Below are positions 55,203-64,000 of a stretch of 64,000 bases of DNA, one piece after another; the stretch's first letter is position 1; each line of letters opens with the position of its first letter. The stretch is from Myxococcota bacterium (lineage in GTDB: Bacteria > Myxococcota_A > SURF-8), in the NCBI GenBank assembly GCA_965140415.1, contig OZ223209.1, forward strand, positions 1,088,001 to 1,152,000. The letters run 5' to 3'. The position numbers were made by a program, and so were the translations under genes. A model generated the notes under the pieces. The model was given only the letters and a program-made list of their open reading frames with translations. It did not search any database and had not been told where the DNA came from.

Positions 55203-57647
55203 TCACATTTCGGCGAATAGATCCACTTCATCAGCAAGATCATACCCGACAGACCGATAGCCTTTGAGGCGACGATCAAACATGCGGGACAGCATGGGGA
55301 CGTTCAGGTCGGCGTAATCGTAGATGATGACTTCCCGCTTGCTGTGATGGATGCGGTGCAGGCGACCGGCATATTGGGCAAGCGTTCCTTTCCATGAGAT
55401 GGGCAGTGCCAGAAACAGGGTGTCGAGTCGAGGATGATCGAATCCTTCCCCGAGGAAGCGGCCCGTGGCCAGGATGAGATGCGACTCCCCTTCCGGCAGG
55501 CCATCCAATTTCTCAACCGTGGCCTTCAGATCCTTTTTCTTCATGCCCCCTTTGAAGACGATGAGATTTTTGACCTGATCTTGCAACATGCCTTCCAGCA
55601 TGTCCAGGTGCTTGCGCCGTTCCGTCAACAGAAGCGGGCAACGCCCCTCACGCAAGGCCTCCAAGACATCGGCCACGATCATGTCGTTCCGTCGCTGGTC
55701 CGCGATCAGCATCTGATAGAGATCCGTGATTTTCGGCTCGTCGTCAAAGGCCGTGCGGTTGGGCAGATAAAAGGGCGTTCGCTTGACAATGAGTCGGTGC
55801 TCGAATGGTCGTTCGATTGCCTTCTTCCTGGCATTAACGGCGTAACGGACCGGGCCGCAGTTCATGAAGATGATGGGATGGTGTCCGTCTTTGCGCGTAA
55901 CCGTTGCGGACAGGCCCATGACATAGCGGCCTTTGAACTCACGCAGTATCGACTCGAAACTGGGTGCGGAAACATGATGACATTCATCCACGATGATGTG
56001 TCCGTACTCGGCGACACGATCGTCGACAACGCCTTTCCGGCAGAAACTTTGTATGATGGCAACATCGATGATTCCAGATGGTTTCTTCTTTCCGCCGCCG
56101 ATCCGACCGATATCAGTGGGATCGATATCCAGGAACTCTCCAAGGCGAGCAAGCCATTGTTCGAGCAACTGCTTGCGATGAACAAGGATCAAGGTGTTCA
56201 CCCCACGCTTGGCCAGGACATGCATGGCCACCACGGTTTTACCAAAGGCCGTTGTCGCAGCCAAGACTCCAACATCCTTGGCCAGCAACGCTTTGCTTGC
56301 CTTGGTCTGGTCCGGATAGAGTTCGCCAAGGAACCTGCTCTTGATTGCATTTCCAGTGAAGCGCTTATCCGAAATCTGAACAGAGATTCCGTTTTCTTCA
56401 AGGAGTCCTACGAGGTCATCCTGGCAGCCGCGAGGCAGGGCGATATGTTCGGGGAAGTTCTCGGCGCATGTGATGATTCTGGGCGTATTCCAGATCGGCA
56501 TGCGCATGGCCTGCTTCTGGTAGAAGTCCGGGTTCTGAAAAGCGGCGATGCGGACGATCGCATTTCGCAGGGATGGTGAGAGCTTCTGCTTCGGAACGAA
56601 CACCTGGTTGGCCAGGACGATCTCCATGGAATCCGGGAACGGACCGGCAATGGCGCGTCGCCGCTTGCGCGAGGGTCGCGCCTCCCACGGACGGTCGGAG
56701 TCTTCGTCTGTCACCGGCATCCTGACACCAGTGACCTGGCCGGAGTCGAGCGCTTTCCTGGCCCAGTCCTGCACTTCCTCGCCGGACATGCGGCGGATGG
56801 AAGACAGGAATTCCCATTGATCGGGATAAGGAGATAGGGACGAATCGAGGAACACGCTGAAGCCCTTACTGCGCGGTTTCTGCTGGAGCGGCAGGGCGAT
56901 CAGGTTGCCGAAGCCACCCTTGGGCAAGGTGTCCTGGTTCGGAAACAGGCGATCATAGGAATTGAAATCGATCTCCGGCCGCCGCTCCATGGTGACCGTG
57001 ATCAACCAGGAGGCCATCGTTCTGGCCACATCGCAGGGAACCGGTTCATTGAAGAAGATCCATGCATGTCCACCGTTTCCCGACCGGGAGCATTCAATCG
57101 CCACCGGAATGTTAAGTTCCTCGCAGGTTTGCCTGAAGGCGCTTATATCGCTTCGCCATTCCTCTTTGTCGAAATCAGCAGCGATGAACCAGCAGGTCTC
57201 ATCCAGCAGCATGGGATAGACGCCGATGGTGAAATCCTCTTTTTTCCGGTCTCCCGGCCAGTGACCGCGCAGGTGCGCTTCGATTACAAGGTCGGCAAGC
57301 GGCAGAAACAGACGGTGTTTACATTTCGCGCATTGAACGCGGGGCTTCTCGCATATGCCCGGCTTCCATTCATTCTCACAGGCCGGTTGGTATCCGGACT
57401 TCCCGGTCTTTCGACTTTTGAAGCGACGGGGGTACACATCTGTCCGCCCTCGAAACAAAGACCGGAACAAGCTTATTTTCTCGGCAGGGGATGACTTCTC
57501 GTTGACGCGTGCAGACGCTTCCTCAAAGGCGGACAGTTGTTGCTCGGACTGGTTCAGGGAGGTGATTTCCTCGAGGATTTCGTTGCGGCGAATATCGAGG
57601 CTCGCCAGCTCGGCTTGCAGTTTCTTCAGGCGATCGCCCATCGTCAC
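55203..57647 (-). CDS. AEP primase-like domain (TOTE-type) fused to an SF2 DEAD/DEAH helicase
   Basis: LFRGRTDVY, Cys cluster, FIAADFD, SRSGNGGHAWIFF, GNLIALPLQ; helicase TTAFGKT, DECHH, GLSAT, GEGFD, QYAGRLHR. Confidence 0.85.
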   Translation of the reverse strand: MTMGDRLKKLQAELASLDIRRNEILEEITSLNQSEQQLSAFEEASARVNEKSSPAEKISLFRSLFRGRTDVYPRRFKSRKTGKSGYQPACENEWKPGICEKPRVQCAKCKHRLFLPLADLVIEAHLRGHWPGDRKKEDFTIGVYPMLLDETCWFIAADFDKEEWRSDISAFRQTCEELNIPVAIECSRSGNGGHAWIFFNEPVPCDVARTMASWLITVTMERRPEIDFNSYDRLFPNQDTLPKGGFGNLIALPLQQKPRSKGFSVFLDSSLSPYPDQWEFLSSIRRMSGEEVQDWARKALDSGQVTGVRMPVTDEDSDRPWEARPSRKRRRAIAGPFPDSMEIVLANQVFVPKQKLSPSLRNAIVRIAAFQNPDFYQKQAMRMPIWNTPRIITCAENFPEHIALPRGCQDDLVGLLEENGISVQISDKRFTGNAIKSRFLGELYPDQTKASKALLAKDVGVLAATTAFGKTVVAMHVLAKRGVNTLILVHRKQLLEQWLARLGEFLDIDPTDIGRIGGGKKKPSGIIDVAIIQSFCRKGVVDDRVAEYGHIIVDECHHVSAPSFESILREFKGRYVMGLSATVTRKDGHHPIIFMNCGPVRYAVNARKKAIERPFEHRLIVKRTPFYLPNRTAFDDEPKITDLYQMLIADQRRNDMIVADVLEALREGRCPLLLTERRKHLDMLEGMLQDQVKNLIVFKGGMKKKDLKATVEKLDGLPEGESHLILATGRFLGEGFDHPRLDTLFLALPISWKGTLAQYAGRLHRIHHSKREVIIYDYADLNVPMLSRMFDRRLKGYRSVGYDLADEVDLFAEM

Positions 57648-58645
57648 TCCGGGTCTATCGCAGTTTCACCCTCATTGATCTCCGCTTCCAATTTCCCCAG
57701 CACCTCAAGCATCTCTTCAAACTCCGGCGCCTCACCGAAGATCATGATCTGCATTTCAGCGTAGTCCCGTTTCAGTGTGGCGCGGACGTGGTCCGGCGGA
57801 ACCAGTTTCAACGTGCCGATCCGGGCCAGGTCGTAGCGCGCCCAGTTGCTGGGATAGAACTTCTGCTTGAAGGCCACGACATCGGGCAGCAGATCCGTAC
57901 TGGTCAGGAAATCACGCTTTCGGTCCGATTGCACCATGCGCACCAGGTCGTAGTAATGACGGGAATAACGGGTCGGCTGCGGCTTGTCCGGCGGCCGGTG
58001 CGCTTCCTGGTGCAGAATGGTGGCCTTCTCCCAAAAGGTTCTTTCGGCCAGGATGGCTTTGACCCTGGCTTCCGGTTCTTCGAACAGCTTCGGAAATGCT
58101 TCCGCCGCATAGGGCTTGATGGCGTATTCGGCATTGGGCAGCCAGGCTGCCAGCGGACCCACTTCGAGTCGAATCTCGGGCCGCAAATAGGTTTCCTTGA
58201 ATGCGCCCGGATATACGATGTCGATCACATCGGGCGTTTGGGGATCGATACCAGCCGTAGCGACGCCCTCGATGAGATCGACAACAGCCGGTAGAAAACG
58301 GTCTCGCAGGTAGACCCGGGCCTGTTCGTTGGTGGCCTTGTTGAAACGATCCTGCTTGGTTTTGGATCGGTCGAGCTCAGGCTTCTCCTCCGCCACCTCG
58401 TTCCAATCGAGGATCAGGTCGATGTCTTCGGAAAAGCGTTCGATCAGACCGAAGACCTTGGAAAGGGATGTGCCGCCCTTGAACAGAATCCTATCCCTGA
58501 AAAAGTCCGACGAAAACAGTCTGTCCAGCACCCAGCAGGTCCAGAAGTCCTTCTCGATGACGGCGGGTGACAAGCCCCGAACCGCTGCCGTCTCCGTGAA
58601 CAGGTCGCTACGATCTTTCAGCGACAGTGTCGCAATCTTCCGCAT
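57644..58645 (-). CDS. abiEii: Type IV TA / AbiEii nucleotidyltransferase toxin
   Basis: IEKDFW, FKGGTSLSK, RFSEDIDL, ERTFWEK, SRHYYDL. Confidence 0.92.
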   Translation of the reverse strand: MRKIATLSLKDRSDLFTETAAVRGLSPAVIEKDFWTCWVLDRLFSSDFFRDRILFKGGTSLSKVFGLIERFSEDIDLILDWNEVAEEKPELDRSKTKQDRFNKATNEQARVYLRDRFLPAVVDLIEGVATAGIDPQTPDVIDIVYPGAFKETYLRPEIRLEVGPLAAWLPNAEYAIKPYAAEAFPKLFEEPEARVKAILAERTFWEKATILHQEAHRPPDKPQPTRYSRHYYDLVRMVQSDRKRDFLTSTDLLPDVVAFKQKFYPSNWARYDLARIGTLKLVPPDHVRATLKRDYAEMQIMIFGEAPEFEEMLEVLGKLEAEINEGETAIDPE

Positions 58646-59255
58646 CCTCTTCCTCTCTGCAGATTCGCCGTATGGCGCTGTACACCCAGGCTGTCACTGT
58701 CTTTGTATCCCGAAGCACTTTTTTCCTCTCGCTCTCGGGCAACCAGTTGCGGATCCTGTCCACGACCTCGTCGGTGACAGCCTCCTTGCCCAGCGACTTC
58801 AGGCCCTGGACGATCAGGGCGCTTTCTGCATACTTGAACGAGGCCTCTTTCAAAGCCGTGTGCCTGAACACGAGTTCGGTCTTGCCAACCGCGTAGCGCC
58901 GGGTCGGTCCGTCCGACATGTACAGGATTCGCCCGGGCACCTGCGAGGACAGGCCCATCAGGTTCAACGCCGCCGCCCCGCTCGGGTGGATTCTCCAACC
59001 GAACTTCCGGGACAGAGCAGAAGCAACCTTTGCGAGGTCCGGGCTCAAATGTTTCTCCAACAGCTCGCTGTAGATCGGATAGTCGTAAATGCCGCGCAAA
59101 ATCCGGCGGATCGTGCCTTTTTTCTCTAGCCGATGGAGCGCCACATGGATAGCCTCGGTTGAACCAAGCTCCGAGAAATCGGCCTGTGAGAAAGACCAAC
59201 CCCTACCGTTGCCGTATATGCGACTAACTATCCTGTTTTCTATGCTATTATCCAT
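58608..59255 (-). CDS. abiEi: AbiEi-like antitoxin / transcriptional regulator (DUF6088-like)
   Basis: N-terminal wHTH (ALHRL..KG.IRRI.RGIY), PSGAAALNLMGLSSQVP; overlaps the toxin gene. Confidence 0.85.
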   Translation of the reverse strand: MDNSIENRIVSRIYGNGRGWSFSQADFSELGSTEAIHVALHRLEKKGTIRRILRGIYDYPIYSELLEKHLSPDLAKVASALSRKFGWRIHPSGAAALNLMGLSSQVPGRILYMSDGPTRRYAVGKTELVFRHTALKEASFKYAESALIVQGLKSLGKEAVTDEVVDRIRNWLPESERKKVLRDTKTVTAWVYSAIRRICREEEDAEDCDTVAERS

Positions 59256-59272
59256 AATTATCCTCGATATTC

Positions 59273-59310
59273 TGTAAGGTAAATTAACCTATTTTCCTTA
59301 CAATAGTCAA
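59273..59310 (-). promoter_or_regulatory. abiE promoter with inverted-repeat operator
   Basis: TGTAAGGTAAAT-N6-ATTTTCCTTACA (11/12 symmetric) overlapping a minus-strand TTGACT (-35) ... TAATTT (-10). Confidence 0.65.
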
Positions 59311-59384
59311 GGCAATTCAAACCGCAAAGCCGATCAAGTTCGGACCGGAGAATTATTTTAGGAGCCTTTATTTACGGTTACGCG

Positions 59385-59678
59385 TCACGCCTGTGAACTT
59401 TTCCCATCCACCCGTTCCCGCAAGTTCTTGCCGACCTTAAAAAACGGCAGATGCTTCTCGTCCACCTGGATCACTTCACCCGTGCGCGGGTTGCGCCCTT
59501 CGTAGGCCGGATAATGTTTGGAAACGAACGTACCGAATCCGCGAATCTCGATGCGGTCGCCGTTGGCCAGAGCGTTGGACATGGAGTCGAAGACCAGGTT
59601 CACAACCTGTTCAGCCTGCTTCTTTGTGGTTTCAGCTTGCGATGCCACTTTCTCGACCAGATCGGATTTGTTCATCAT
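59385..59678 (-). CDS. HU/IHF-beta family DNA-binding protein
   Basis: MNKSDLV, RIEIRGFGTF, GRNPRTGE, PFFKVGK. Confidence 0.93.
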   Translation of the reverse strand: MMNKSDLVEKVASQAETTKKQAEQVVNLVFDSMSNALANGDRIEIRGFGTFVSKHYPAYEGRNPRTGEVIQVDEKHLPFFKVGKNLRERVDGKSSQA

Positions 59679-59896
59679 CTCTCCTCATTCGGCGGCGGAT
59701 CGGGTGTGTCGTCAAAAAGCAGACTTTTGTCCTCCACTGCAAGATCGAGCGCCGTCAGTATCCGGCGCTGCGTATCGATCCGGCAGGCATGGCCCTTCTC
59801 GATACGGTCGATGGTCAGCGCCGACAAGCCGGCTCGCCTGGCCAACTCCGCCTTCGACATCAGGCGATCCTCTCTGTATTTCTTCAACTTGTTCAT
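59675..59896 (-). CDS. Small XRE/Cro HTH regulator
   Basis: LKKYRE..MSKAELARRAGLSALTIDRIEKG; ATGA overlap with the HU/IHF gene; start uncertain. Confidence 0.85.
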   Translation of the reverse strand: MNKLKKYREDRLMSKAELARRAGLSALTIDRIEKGHACRIDTQRRILTALDLAVEDKSLLFDDTPDPPPNEER

Positions 59897-60045
59897 ACGA
59901 TTCAACACACGTCCTTGCGACGCTTCGCAGAAAACCCGACCGGCGTCCATCATAATAATCATCGGATTGCGTTGCATATTATCACCACCGATGTCGAATA
60001 TCACAAGGTTTTCTCATTTCCAAACCGTTCGGATCGTGTGCCCAT

Positions 60046-63000
60046 TCATTCTCGCATCAGATATCTCGGAGCTTGTGTCGGGATAATGGACCGAGAGGCG
60101 TCCCGCCCGCGAGGAACGGAATCTTTTGGGCGGATGGAATCAGGAAGACAAAATTCCTGCAGCGCCTGCTGGAAATGCTTTTTACGGATCGCCAGGTCAT
60201 CCGGCGTTGGATTATTCCGGCTGGCCTCCTTCACGCAGAGCCGCGCGGCGCTCTGGCAGACATGGGCGATGTCGGCTCCAGTGAGGCCGGGGGTGAGCGA
60301 AGCGAGTTCCGTGGCGAGACGATCCGAATCGAGCGCGGGGTTGAGGACGAGCGGCTCCAGATAATGTTTGAAGATGGCAACGCGTCCCGCTTCATCCGGC
60401 GGCCTCATGTCGATCACCCGATCAAAGCGTCCGGGCCGCCGTAAGGCCGGATCGATGTCGTCTGGCCGGTTGGTGGTGGCGATGGCAAAAATGTTGCCGC
60501 GATCTTCCAGGCCATCGAGCAGTGCCAGCAGCTGCGTGACCATGCTCTTCTGATACTGGGCGTCAGCGGAACCGCGAGAGACGGCCAGACAGTCGATCTC
60601 GTCGAAGAGAATGACGGAGGGCGCGAGGGTCTTTGCCCGCTCGAAGATGGATCGCAGGGTGGCTTCCGTCTCGCCGACCCACTTGGAGAGCAACTCCGGG
60701 CCGGAAACCGTTTCGACATGCGCGACGCATTCCCCGGCCACGGCGCGGGCCAGCAGGGTTTTACCCGTTCCCGGAGGACCGGCCAGAATGACGCCGCCTG
60801 CTCTTGGCGTTGCGCCAATACGCACGAAGAGATCGGCGTGCCGCAATGGTAGTTCGATCAGATCGCGCACGGCTTCGACGGCTTGGTCCTGTCCCTGCAC
60901 GTCGGCATAGCGCGTGGGAGGGATGGTTCTCTGCGGGGTGGATGATATCGCTTTCGAATCGCTGGCTTCCGTATCTCCGTTGCGCTCGATCTCTTTACCA
61001 AATCCCACTCGGATGTTGAGGCCGCCGGAGCGCCAGGGATTGTCCTTCGTCGTACGCAGCGTCGGCGGTGTCTTCGCATCGACTGGCCAGAGCCAGGCGG
61101 CTTCCCCATCCTTATTATAGAGCGTGATCCAGCCTGCGGCGTTTGCCTCGATGGCGTCGGGCAATGCGTCGATCTTGTCTAACATGGCTACGCGGTCGAA
61201 GTGCGGACACATGCGCACACCCTCATTACGATCGGCGTCAATTTGGCGTTTCAGTGCGGCTTTATCAATTGTGACACGCTCGCCGTCGAAGCATCCCACT
61301 GCCCACCAGGGTGGCTCATCGCTACCGGAGTGATTGAGCCATTCGTGAGAGGTCCAGATATTCAGAGCGCTGCATCCGAACATGCAATCTTGTTTGCAGG
61401 CATCCGCCCCCTGCTTTTTGCGCTTGAGCCAGCAGCGCCGGGCATCCTCAATTCGGTTCATGAAATTTTGCAAATCGTGCTTGCCGATCAGCTCGCCATC
61501 GAGCGACACCTCGGTCGTCTTCCAGGCCTTGACGATCTTCAGCAGATTGTCGATGCGCTTGGCGTTTTCGACCAGACCGTGCGTGATCGACAACTCGAAC
61601 CAGGATTCTCGGTCCTTGTCGTCCCTCGTAATCTCCAGCAAACCCAGCTTCGCTAACGCATCCAGTCGTCTCCGAATGATGGGGAAAGTCGGTGAGGTGG
61701 ACGGGGCGAAGGCGATGCGCAAGGCCGGAGACTGTAGACCGGAGGCTGGATGTCGGGTATCTTGAGCCTCAGTTGCGACAGTTTCCTCTTCCGACCTACG
61801 GTCTCCAGCCTCAAGACTCCAGCCTTTTTTGATGTTGGTGGCCAGCCAGTCGTCCGCGAATGTATGCATCGTTTCTTCGCTTGCCGCCACACGCAGATCG
61901 GTTTTAAGGGGCTGCTTGCGTCTCGGTGCGTAGTCGGTGAAGAAGATGACGTAGTTCGGATAGGCCGGATCGGCTTTGCGCTTGTTGCTTTTCCAGCAAA
62001 CCAGCTTGCGCAGGGCCATCCCGCGCGGCGTGCGTTTTGTGTAGACCTCACGGCGGATGATCTCACTGGCGGGCAAGGTCGCCGGATTGATGGTCGCCAA
62101 CTCGGCAATGGGAACGAGATCCGACACTTGCTCGGCGCGCACGTCCGGTCGCACCGCCCGCTTGTCATCACGAATGCGACGGAACACGGCATTGATCATG
62201 CTGACAGACGATGCAGGGCAGAGGGGTGACCATCCGGTTTCGTCTTTGTATCGGAGCACCATGCGGCGGACGGGTTCGTCTTTGCTGTTGGCGGCGATGA
62301 GGTCGTTGCACTTGATCTTGACGACGAGTTCCGGTTTTACCCAGTGATAGAGCAGACCGTGGTCGTTGGCTTTTCGGTACGTGGATGCGCAGGTCAGCGG
62401 TGTCAGGCAATTCAACAAATCGGCGCTCTCCGCCCGGCTCCAGCCCGTTTTCACGCGCCCGATAAGCTGAAAAACGCCATCCGATTTCACCAGCGCCAGG
62501 AGCAGTTCAGAGACGCCGGAATCCGATGCAGCGTAACCAACGACCGCCGCGTCGATGGAAATCTCCGGCTTCACCTTATAGGTTCGACCATCCGATGCGT
62601 GAACGACGATGCCTTCCGCCCCTTCAGTGGTCACGATGCGCTCGTAGCAGGCAGTGACATCCTCCGGGGTCGCAGTCGTCTCAAAAGGTGCAAGATGAAA
62701 GCGACCGTCGCGCGGAATGGCCAATTGGCGCAGGCAATCAAGCCGTTCGGCGAAAGGCCGCCGCTGCATATCCGTTTCGCCGTCCATGAGCACGTCGAAG
62801 GCGGCGAAACGCAGACGAGCGGGGTTCCCGTTGGTTCCCATCGCGGCGTGCAGATCGAAAACACGCGGACGGCCTGAATCCACGGTTGCATAGAGTTCGC
62901 CAGCGAGCAAACCGCGCCATCCATTCAGCGACTTGCGCGCTTCGTTTGTCAGCGGAATGTCTTCCAGCGTTTTACCAAATGGTGACAGCAACACGCAGCA

Positions 63001-63165
63001 TTCATTGTCACATTGCAGAAACCAGGTCTCGCCATCGATCTTCTCCGAAACGATGCACGGTCCCGGCGGCAATGTGGCGAGCATCTCGTCCGGTGGGCAG
63101 GAGCGATAGGTTCCGGCGACGTTGCGCTTGTAAGCTGCCAGTATGGCCAATACGGCTGCGTTCAT
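60046..63165 (-). CDS. ATP-dependent DNA ligase + WGR-like domain + Cys-rich domain + CDC48/PAN-like AAA ATPase fusion
   Basis: Ligase motifs SEKIDG, GELY, FAAFDVL, EGIVV, KVKP, OB-fold GRVKTG, FRRIRDDK; AAA motifs GPPGTGKT, SKWVGE, ILFDEID, TTNRPD, LRRPGRFDR. Confidence 0.85.
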   Translation of the reverse strand: MNAAVLAILAAYKRNVAGTYRSCPPDEMLATLPPGPCIVSEKIDGETWFLQCDNECCVLLSPFGKTLEDIPLTNEARKSLNGWRGLLAGELYATVDSGRPRVFDLHAAMGTNGNPARLRFAAFDVLMDGETDMQRRPFAERLDCLRQLAIPRDGRFHLAPFETTATPEDVTACYERIVTTEGAEGIVVHASDGRTYKVKPEISIDAAVVGYAASDSGVSELLLALVKSDGVFQLIGRVKTGWSRAESADLLNCLTPLTCASTYRKANDHGLLYHWVKPELVVKIKCNDLIAANSKDEPVRRMVLRYKDETGWSPLCPASSVSMINAVFRRIRDDKRAVRPDVRAEQVSDLVPIAELATINPATLPASEIIRREVYTKRTPRGMALRKLVCWKSNKRKADPAYPNYVIFFTDYAPRRKQPLKTDLRVAASEETMHTFADDWLATNIKKGWSLEAGDRRSEEETVATEAQDTRHPASGLQSPALRIAFAPSTSPTFPIIRRRLDALAKLGLLEITRDDKDRESWFELSITHGLVENAKRIDNLLKIVKAWKTTEVSLDGELIGKHDLQNFMNRIEDARRCWLKRKKQGADACKQDCMFGCSALNIWTSHEWLNHSGSDEPPWWAVGCFDGERVTIDKAALKRQIDADRNEGVRMCPHFDRVAMLDKIDALPDAIEANAAGWITLYNKDGEAAWLWPVDAKTPPTLRTTKDNPWRSGGLNIRVGFGKEIERNGDTEASDSKAISSTPQRTIPPTRYADVQGQDQAVEAVRDLIELPLRHADLFVRIGATPRAGGVILAGPPGTGKTLLARAVAGECVAHVETVSGPELLSKWVGETEATLRSIFERAKTLAPSVILFDEIDCLAVSRGSADAQYQKSMVTQLLALLDGLEDRGNIFAIATTNRPDDIDPALRRPGRFDRVIDMRPPDEAGRVAIFKHYLEPLVLNPALDSDRLATELASLTPGLTGADIAHVCQSAARLCVKEASRNNPTPDDLAIRKKHFQQALQEFCLPDSIRPKDSVPRGRDASRSIIPTQAPRYLMRE

Positions 63166-63875
63166 AATTGCACCTCTGGCGATTTCAATTCGAAAGCGGC
63201 CAGGTGCAGCACAAGCAGGTACGTTTCGCCTTTCACCCGACCTTCCAGAAAGCCCTTCATCGGCGTCCCGTTGCGCTCCAGGATGAGCGGTCCCGTTCCC
63301 TTCGGACCCGAGCCGACCAGCGCCAGTGCGTTACGTTCTTCCAGGTGACGGGCCAGGCCGAAGAGAAAGTCGTATTCCAGCGAGTTTGTGTGCCGCACCT
63401 GGTAGGCCCGCGTGAAGGCGTAACGCCGCGCGGCTTCCACCTTCGAGATCAGCTTGCCCGACCAGCGCGGCGGTGTATCGGGAAGCAGATTCGACGGAGT
63501 CTCCACCGGCTCTCGGCGGGCGATTTCGTTGCCATCACGGTCGTGCACCACTTCGATCATGCGCACCGAGTAAAGCGGCTGGCCGTCCGCGCCGATATGC
63601 ACGCGATCACAGGGACCGGTTTCACGTCCCGCCGACTCCAGGTCGATTTCCGGATCGCCGTCGATCAGCGCCCACGCCAGGGACTCCGGATCGCCGTATC
63701 GGGACAGTAATGTGTCATGGTCGGTTTCCGCCGTGCTCTTGATCAGGCGGGTGAAACGCGCGGGCGCACCTGACGGATCGGCGAAGCTGGCGCTTGGCGG
63801 CTTGCGTCGCGGGACCAACAGAACCGTGGCTTCACGTCCGCGATGATCGACCAGGCGGATCTTACGCAACGACAT
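63162..63875 (-). CDS. Hypothetical protein, possibly a highly divergent Ku-like beta-barrel
   Basis: GGAGG 7 nt before ATG 63875; stop overlaps the ligase start; the ORF is solid but the Ku resemblance is weak and by eye only. Confidence 0.55.
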   Translation of the reverse strand: MSLRKIRLVDHRGREATVLLVPRRKPPSASFADPSGAPARFTRLIKSTAETDHDTLLSRYGDPESLAWALIDGDPEIDLESAGRETGPCDRVHIGADGQPLYSVRMIEVVHDRDGNEIARREPVETPSNLLPDTPPRWSGKLISKVEAARRYAFTRAYQVRHTNSLEYDFLFGLARHLEERNALALVGSGPKGTGPLILERNGTPMKGFLEGRVKGETYLLVLHLAAFELKSPEVQL

Positions 63876-64000
63876 GACCATCCCTCCATTCCATCTCGAA
63901 AGCGAATTCGTCGTCCTCCGTGTCAGCATCCTCCCACGCGTCATCCGTTTCCGAGATGGTCTGGGCCAGCCCCACGTATTCGAAATCACAGAGTTCGGCC
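63862..64000 (-). CDS. 3' end of an upstream gene with an acidic tail (partial)
   Basis: Open frame AELCDFEYVGLAQTISETDDAWEDADTEDDEFAFEMEWRDGHVVA* overlapping the next start. Confidence 0.6.
   Translation of the reverse strand, partial: AELCDFEYVGLAQTISETDDAWEDADTEDDEFAFEMEWRDGHVVA

Noticed and set aside
53505-59129. Long plus-strand ORFs opposite fic, the helicase and abiE
   Set aside because: Antisense frames in GC-rich DNA; the minus-strand genes carry all the motifs
62100-63165. RNA ligase or capping enzyme instead of DNA ligase
   Set aside because: An OB fold and a motif VI-like FRRIRDDK follow the adenylation domain, favouring DNA ligase

Overview
Bacterial window that looks like a deltaproteobacterial/Myxococcota-type genome (inferred from gene style only). 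It has five blocks. (1) 0.2-11.5 kb: a corrinoid (B12) uptake and salvage cluster. Two acidic 'DGD-stalk' surface lipoproteins (one with four copies of an unrecognised domain, one with a BtuH-like domain) precede a BtuB-like TonB receptor, a BtuG-like propeller lipoprotein, btuF/D/C and cobQ. (2) 11.6-21.7 kb: a disrupted zone with three rve/DDE transposases, two HD-GYP genes, a 5'-truncated response regulator and the tail of a type 3 BREX locus (truncated brxHII, pglZ, brxA). (3) 21.9-52.5 kb: a co-oriented ~30 kb signalling supercluster with about 35 PAS domains by manual count. It encodes a LuxR one-component regulator, three hybrid kinases, a diguanylate cyclase, CheB-CheR, a sigma54 activator with a predicted downstream target promoter, CheW and an MCP. 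(4) 52.5-59.3 kb: an island with two iteron-like repeat fields, Fic, an AEP-primase/SF2-helicase fusion and AbiE. (5) 59.4-64 kb: HU/IHF, an XRE regulator and an operon encoding an ATP-dependent DNA ligase fused to a CDC48-like AAA unfoldase, preceded by a possibly Ku-like gene. Block 5 is the best candidate for an undescribed system. No tRNA, rRNA or CRISPR array was seen. All calls come from reading motifs by eye; no searches were run.
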